From assembly GCA_963790475.1 (NCBI GenBank), contig CAWBOS010000011.1:160001-224000 (forward strand): a stretch of DNA of 64,000 nucleotides, read 5' to 3'. The position numbers and the translations under genes are program-made. Numbering within the stretch: the stretch's first letter is position 1; the number at the start of each line of letters is the position of its first letter. This document shows, piece after piece, positions 61,051 through 64,000 of the stretch. Below the pieces are notes generated by a model. It was not told where the DNA came from, made no database searches, and was given only the letters and a program-made list of their open reading frames with translations. Source of the stretch: an uncultured delta proteobacterium (GTDB lineage: Bacteria > Desulfobacterota > RBG-13-43-22).

Positions 61051-63573
61051 ATGGAAAATATGTCCACCAATTTTTGGAGTATACCTCCTGAACAAATCCT
61101 CCGGGAAATGGCGACTTCCCTACAAGGATTGACCGTGATCGAGGCGGAAAAGCGGCTTAAGCTATATGGGCTTAATCTTCTCCGGCCGCCCAAAAGATCG
61201 GATGCCTTTTCTTTACTGCTCGGGCAATTCAAAAGCCCTATTATCCTCATCCTGATCTTTGCCGCCGGTTTATCTTTGTTTCTTCAGGATTCGGTCGATG
61301 CCCTGATCATCCTGACCATTGTCCTGGTCAGCGGTCTCCTGGGATATTGGCAGGAACGGGGCGCAACCGATGCGGTTAAGAAATTGTTGGAAATAGTGCA
61401 GATCAAGACGACGGTGTCGCGGGATGGGACACCTATGGAAATCCCGGTCGAAGAGGTCGTTCCCGGAGATATCGTCCAATTGAAGGCCGGTGATGTCATC
61501 CCCGGGGATGGGCTGGTTCTAAGCTCAAATGATCTCTTTGTGGATGAGGCTTCTTTGACCGGGGAAACCTATCCGGTGGAAAAGATGACCGCGGTACTGG
61601 CAGCGGAAACCCCATTGGCCCGTCGGACCAACGCCCTTTTCATGGGAACCCATGTAGTCAGCGGTAATGCCCAAGCCCTGGTGGTCCAGACCGGAATCGA
61701 AACCGAATTCGGCCGGGTCTCCGAACGCCTGAAACTCAGGCCCCCGGAAACTGAGTTTGAACATGGGGTCCGGCGCTTCGGCTATCTTCTGATGGAGGTC
61801 ACTTTAATCCTGGTCATTGCCATCTTTGCCATCAATGTCTATCTGGTCCGGCCGGTCCTGGAATCCTTCCTCTTTTCCCTGGCCCTGGCCGTGGGCTTAA
61901 CTCCTCAGCTTTTACCGGCCATCATCAGTATCAATCTGGCCCATGGAGCCAAAAAAATGGCCCGGGAAAAGGTGATTGTCAAACGGTTAACCTCCATAGA
62001 AAACTTCGGCAGTATGAACGTCCTGTGTTCCGATAAGACCGGCACCCTGACCGAGGGTTTGGTCAAAGTCCACTCGGCCCTGGATTGGGAAGGCCGGGAG
62101 AACGAAAAAGTTTTGCTCTATGCCTATCTGAATGCCTACTACGAGAGCGGCTTTACCAACCCCATCGATCAGGCCGTCCGCACCTTTCACCCCTTTGACC
62201 TTTCCTCTTTTCAGAAGGTGGACGAGGTGCCCTATGATTTTATCCGCAAACGTTTGAGCATCCTGGTCTCTCAGGGGGACAAGCATCTGCTGGTCACCAA
62301 AGGGGCGTTATCCAATGTCCTGGAGGCCTGTTCCAGGGCTGAAAAGGCCGATGGAACCCAAATAGACCTGAGCCAGGTCCAGGAACAGATCCAGGGCCAT
62401 TTTAAGGAATTCAGCGCCCAAGGTTTTCGCGTGCTCGGGGTGGCTTACCGGGAAATGGAATCCAAGGTCGTTCTGACCAAAGACCTTGAAAAGAATTTGA
62501 TCTTCTTAGGCTTTCTAGTCCTATTCGACCCCCCCAAGGAGGGTATTGTAGAGACGATTAAGCAACTCAAAGGTATGGGGGTGGCCCTTAAGATCATCAC
62601 CGGAGATAACCATTTGGTGGCGGCTACTATCGGCCGTCAGATGGGTCTTTCCGACCTCAAAATCATCACCGGCCCTGAACTCCAAAAAACCGGCAGCCGG
62701 GCCTTGACTCAATTGGTCTTGGAGGCGGATATATTTGCCGAAGTCGAGCCCAACCAGAAAGAGCGTATTATTCTGGGGTTAAGAAAGGCCGGCCACGTCG
62801 TCGGCTATATGGGGGACGGGATTAACGATGTCTCGGCCCTTCATGCCGCCGATGTGGCCATTTCGGTGAATCAGGCCGTAGATGTGGCCAAGGAGGCTGC
62901 TGATATCGTCTTGCTGGAAAAGGATTTAAAAGTCCTGGCTCAAGGTATCGGCGAAGGCCGGACCACCTTTGCCAATACCCTTAAGTATGTCTTTATGGCC
63001 ACCAGTGCCAATTTCGGCAACATGTTCAGCATGGCCGGGGCCTCCCTCTTTCTGTCCTTTCTTCCCCTCCTGCCCAAACAGATCCTTCTGACCAACCTGC
63101 TGACTGATTTCCCGGAACTGACCATTGCCGCCGATCGGGTGGACCAGGAACTGGTGGAAAAACCAAGGCGCTGGGACATCCGTTTTATTCGAAATTTTAT
63201 GATAACCTTCGGTCTGATCAGTTCCATCTTCGATTACCTGACCTTCGGCGTCCTTCTTTTTTTCCTCAAGGCCCAACCGGCTCAATTCCGAACCGGCTGG
63301 TTCATCGAGTCGGTCATCTCAGCGGCCCTGATCGTCCTGGTTATCCGTACCCGGCGTCCCTTTCTCAAGAGCAAACCCGGCCGGGCCTTAACCTGGGCTA
63401 CCTTGATAGTAACCGGGGTAACCCTGCTGTTTCCCTATACCCCCTTAGGACCAATGTTCGGCTTCCAGGCTCTGCCCCTTTATTTTTTCCCTTTACTGGC
63501 CCTCATCGTGTTGCTGTATATTTTTACCGCCGAAGCGGCTAAAAAGATTTTTTACCAGAAGATTACTTTTTAA
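61051..63573 (+). CDS. mgtA: Mg2+-translocating P-type ATPase
   Basis: TGE, AVGLTPQLLP, CSDKTGTLT, GDGIND, SANFGNMFS and TGWFIES motifs. Confidence 0.92.
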   Translation: MENMSTNFWSIPPEQILREMATSLQGLTVIEAEKRLKLYGLNLLRPPKRSDAFSLLLGQFKSPIILILIFAAGLSLFLQDSVDALIILTIVLVSGLLGYWQERGATDAVKKLLEIVQIKTTVSRDGTPMEIPVEEVVPGDIVQLKAGDVIPGDGLVLSSNDLFVDEASLTGETYPVEKMTAVLAAETPLARRTNALFMGTHVVSGNAQALVVQTGIETEFGRVSERLKLRPPETEFEHGVRRFGYLLMEVTLILVIAIFAINVYLVRPVLESFLFSLALAVGLTPQLLPAIISINLAHGAKKMAREKVIVKRLTSIENFGSMNVLCSDKTGTLTEGLVKVHSALDWEGRENEKVLLYAYLNAYYESGFTNPIDQAVRTFHPFDLSSFQKVDEVPYDFIRKRLSILVSQGDKHLLVTKGALSNVLEACSRAEKADGTQIDLSQVQEQIQGHFKEFSAQGFRVLGVAYREMESKVVLTKDLEKNLIFLGFLVLFDPPKEGIVETIKQLKGMGVALKIITGDNHLVAATIGRQMGLSDLKIITGPELQKTGSRALTQLVLEADIFAEVEPNQKERIILGLRKAGHVVGYMGDGINDVSALHAADVAISVNQAVDVAKEAADIVLLEKDLKVLAQGIGEGRTTFANTLKYVFMATSANFGNMFSMAGASLFLSFLPLLPKQILLTNLLTDFPELTIAADRVDQELVEKPRRWDIRFIRNFMITFGLISSIFDYLTFGVLLFFLKAQPAQFRTGWFIESVISAALIVLVIRTRRPFLKSKPGRALTWATLIVTGVTLLFPYTPLGPMFGFQALPLYFFPLLALIVLLYIFTAEAAKKIFYQKITF

Positions 63574-63729
63574 GTGCCCCTTTTATTTCGCTTGACTACC
63601 TGCCTGTGGCCCATCATAATCCACACTTAAATCACCGGTCTTCTATCCTTCAGGGATCCTTTTTTTCCTCAAGGCAGGCATTAACCGGTTCTTCCCCTTC
63701 ATCAACTGAATGACGTTATAAGAAAAACC

Positions 63730-64000
63730 ATGAAAAATTTACCGATTATCGTCGGAGCGGCTCAATATCGTCAGGAAAAAGACCAGGCCCTCCCACTCCA
63801 TCCTCTCGGATTGATGGAGGAGGCCAGTCGGCGCGCCCTGATCAATACCGGAAGTGCCGAGATAAGGAATAGCATCGACGAGATCCACGTCGTCAATCTC
63901 TTCCTCTTTTCCTATCACGATGCTCCCGGGCTTCTTGCCCGTAACCTGGGCTTGAATGCCCAAAGACGATACTACACAGCGGTCGGAGGCAATACCCCCC
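63730..64000 (+). CDS. Thiolase-like protein, N-terminus (runs off window end)
   Basis: Hand translation MKNLPIIVGAAQ...PLGLMEEA...VGGNTP. Confidence 0.65.
   Translation, partial: MKNLPIIVGAAQYRQEKDQALPLHPLGLMEEASRRALINTGSAEIRNSIDEIHVVNLFLFSYHDAPGLLARNLGLNAQRRYYTAVGGNTP

Overview
Bacterial chromosomal window, probably from a deltaproteobacterium (Desulfobacterota-like; inferred from gene content only). Positions 1-28.9 kb hold a minus-strand surface/exopolysaccharide locus: PAS-LuxR regulator, wza, wzc-like, ExeA-type ATPase, CpsD/CapB kinase, LuxR regulator, PilZ protein, priming glycosyltransferase, gmd, fcl, wzx and wzy/ligase. Between the priming transferase and gmd lies a ~12 kb array (4.85-16.87 kb) of small co-oriented genes: about ten toxin-antitoxin modules, three near-identical GxxExxY genes and several 5'-truncated gene tails. 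The array is punctuated by about 21 co-oriented copies (plus one at 2451) of a ~33 bp repeat, TTTTGGCACGGATTACACGGATGGACACGGTTA, usually next to a covarying hairpin pair. This is the best candidate for an undescribed system. The window also contains an IS1111-type IS110 element inserted into a REP-like palindrome with a recognisable bridge/seek-RNA region, several MITEs with target duplications, tRNA-Arg(CCG), IS1182 and IS1380 transposases, metabolic and transport genes, an L,D-transpeptidase/Lpp-like cluster and mgtA. Many single-base homopolymer frameshifts suggest long-read consensus errors. All family calls come from motif recognition by eye; no database search was run.
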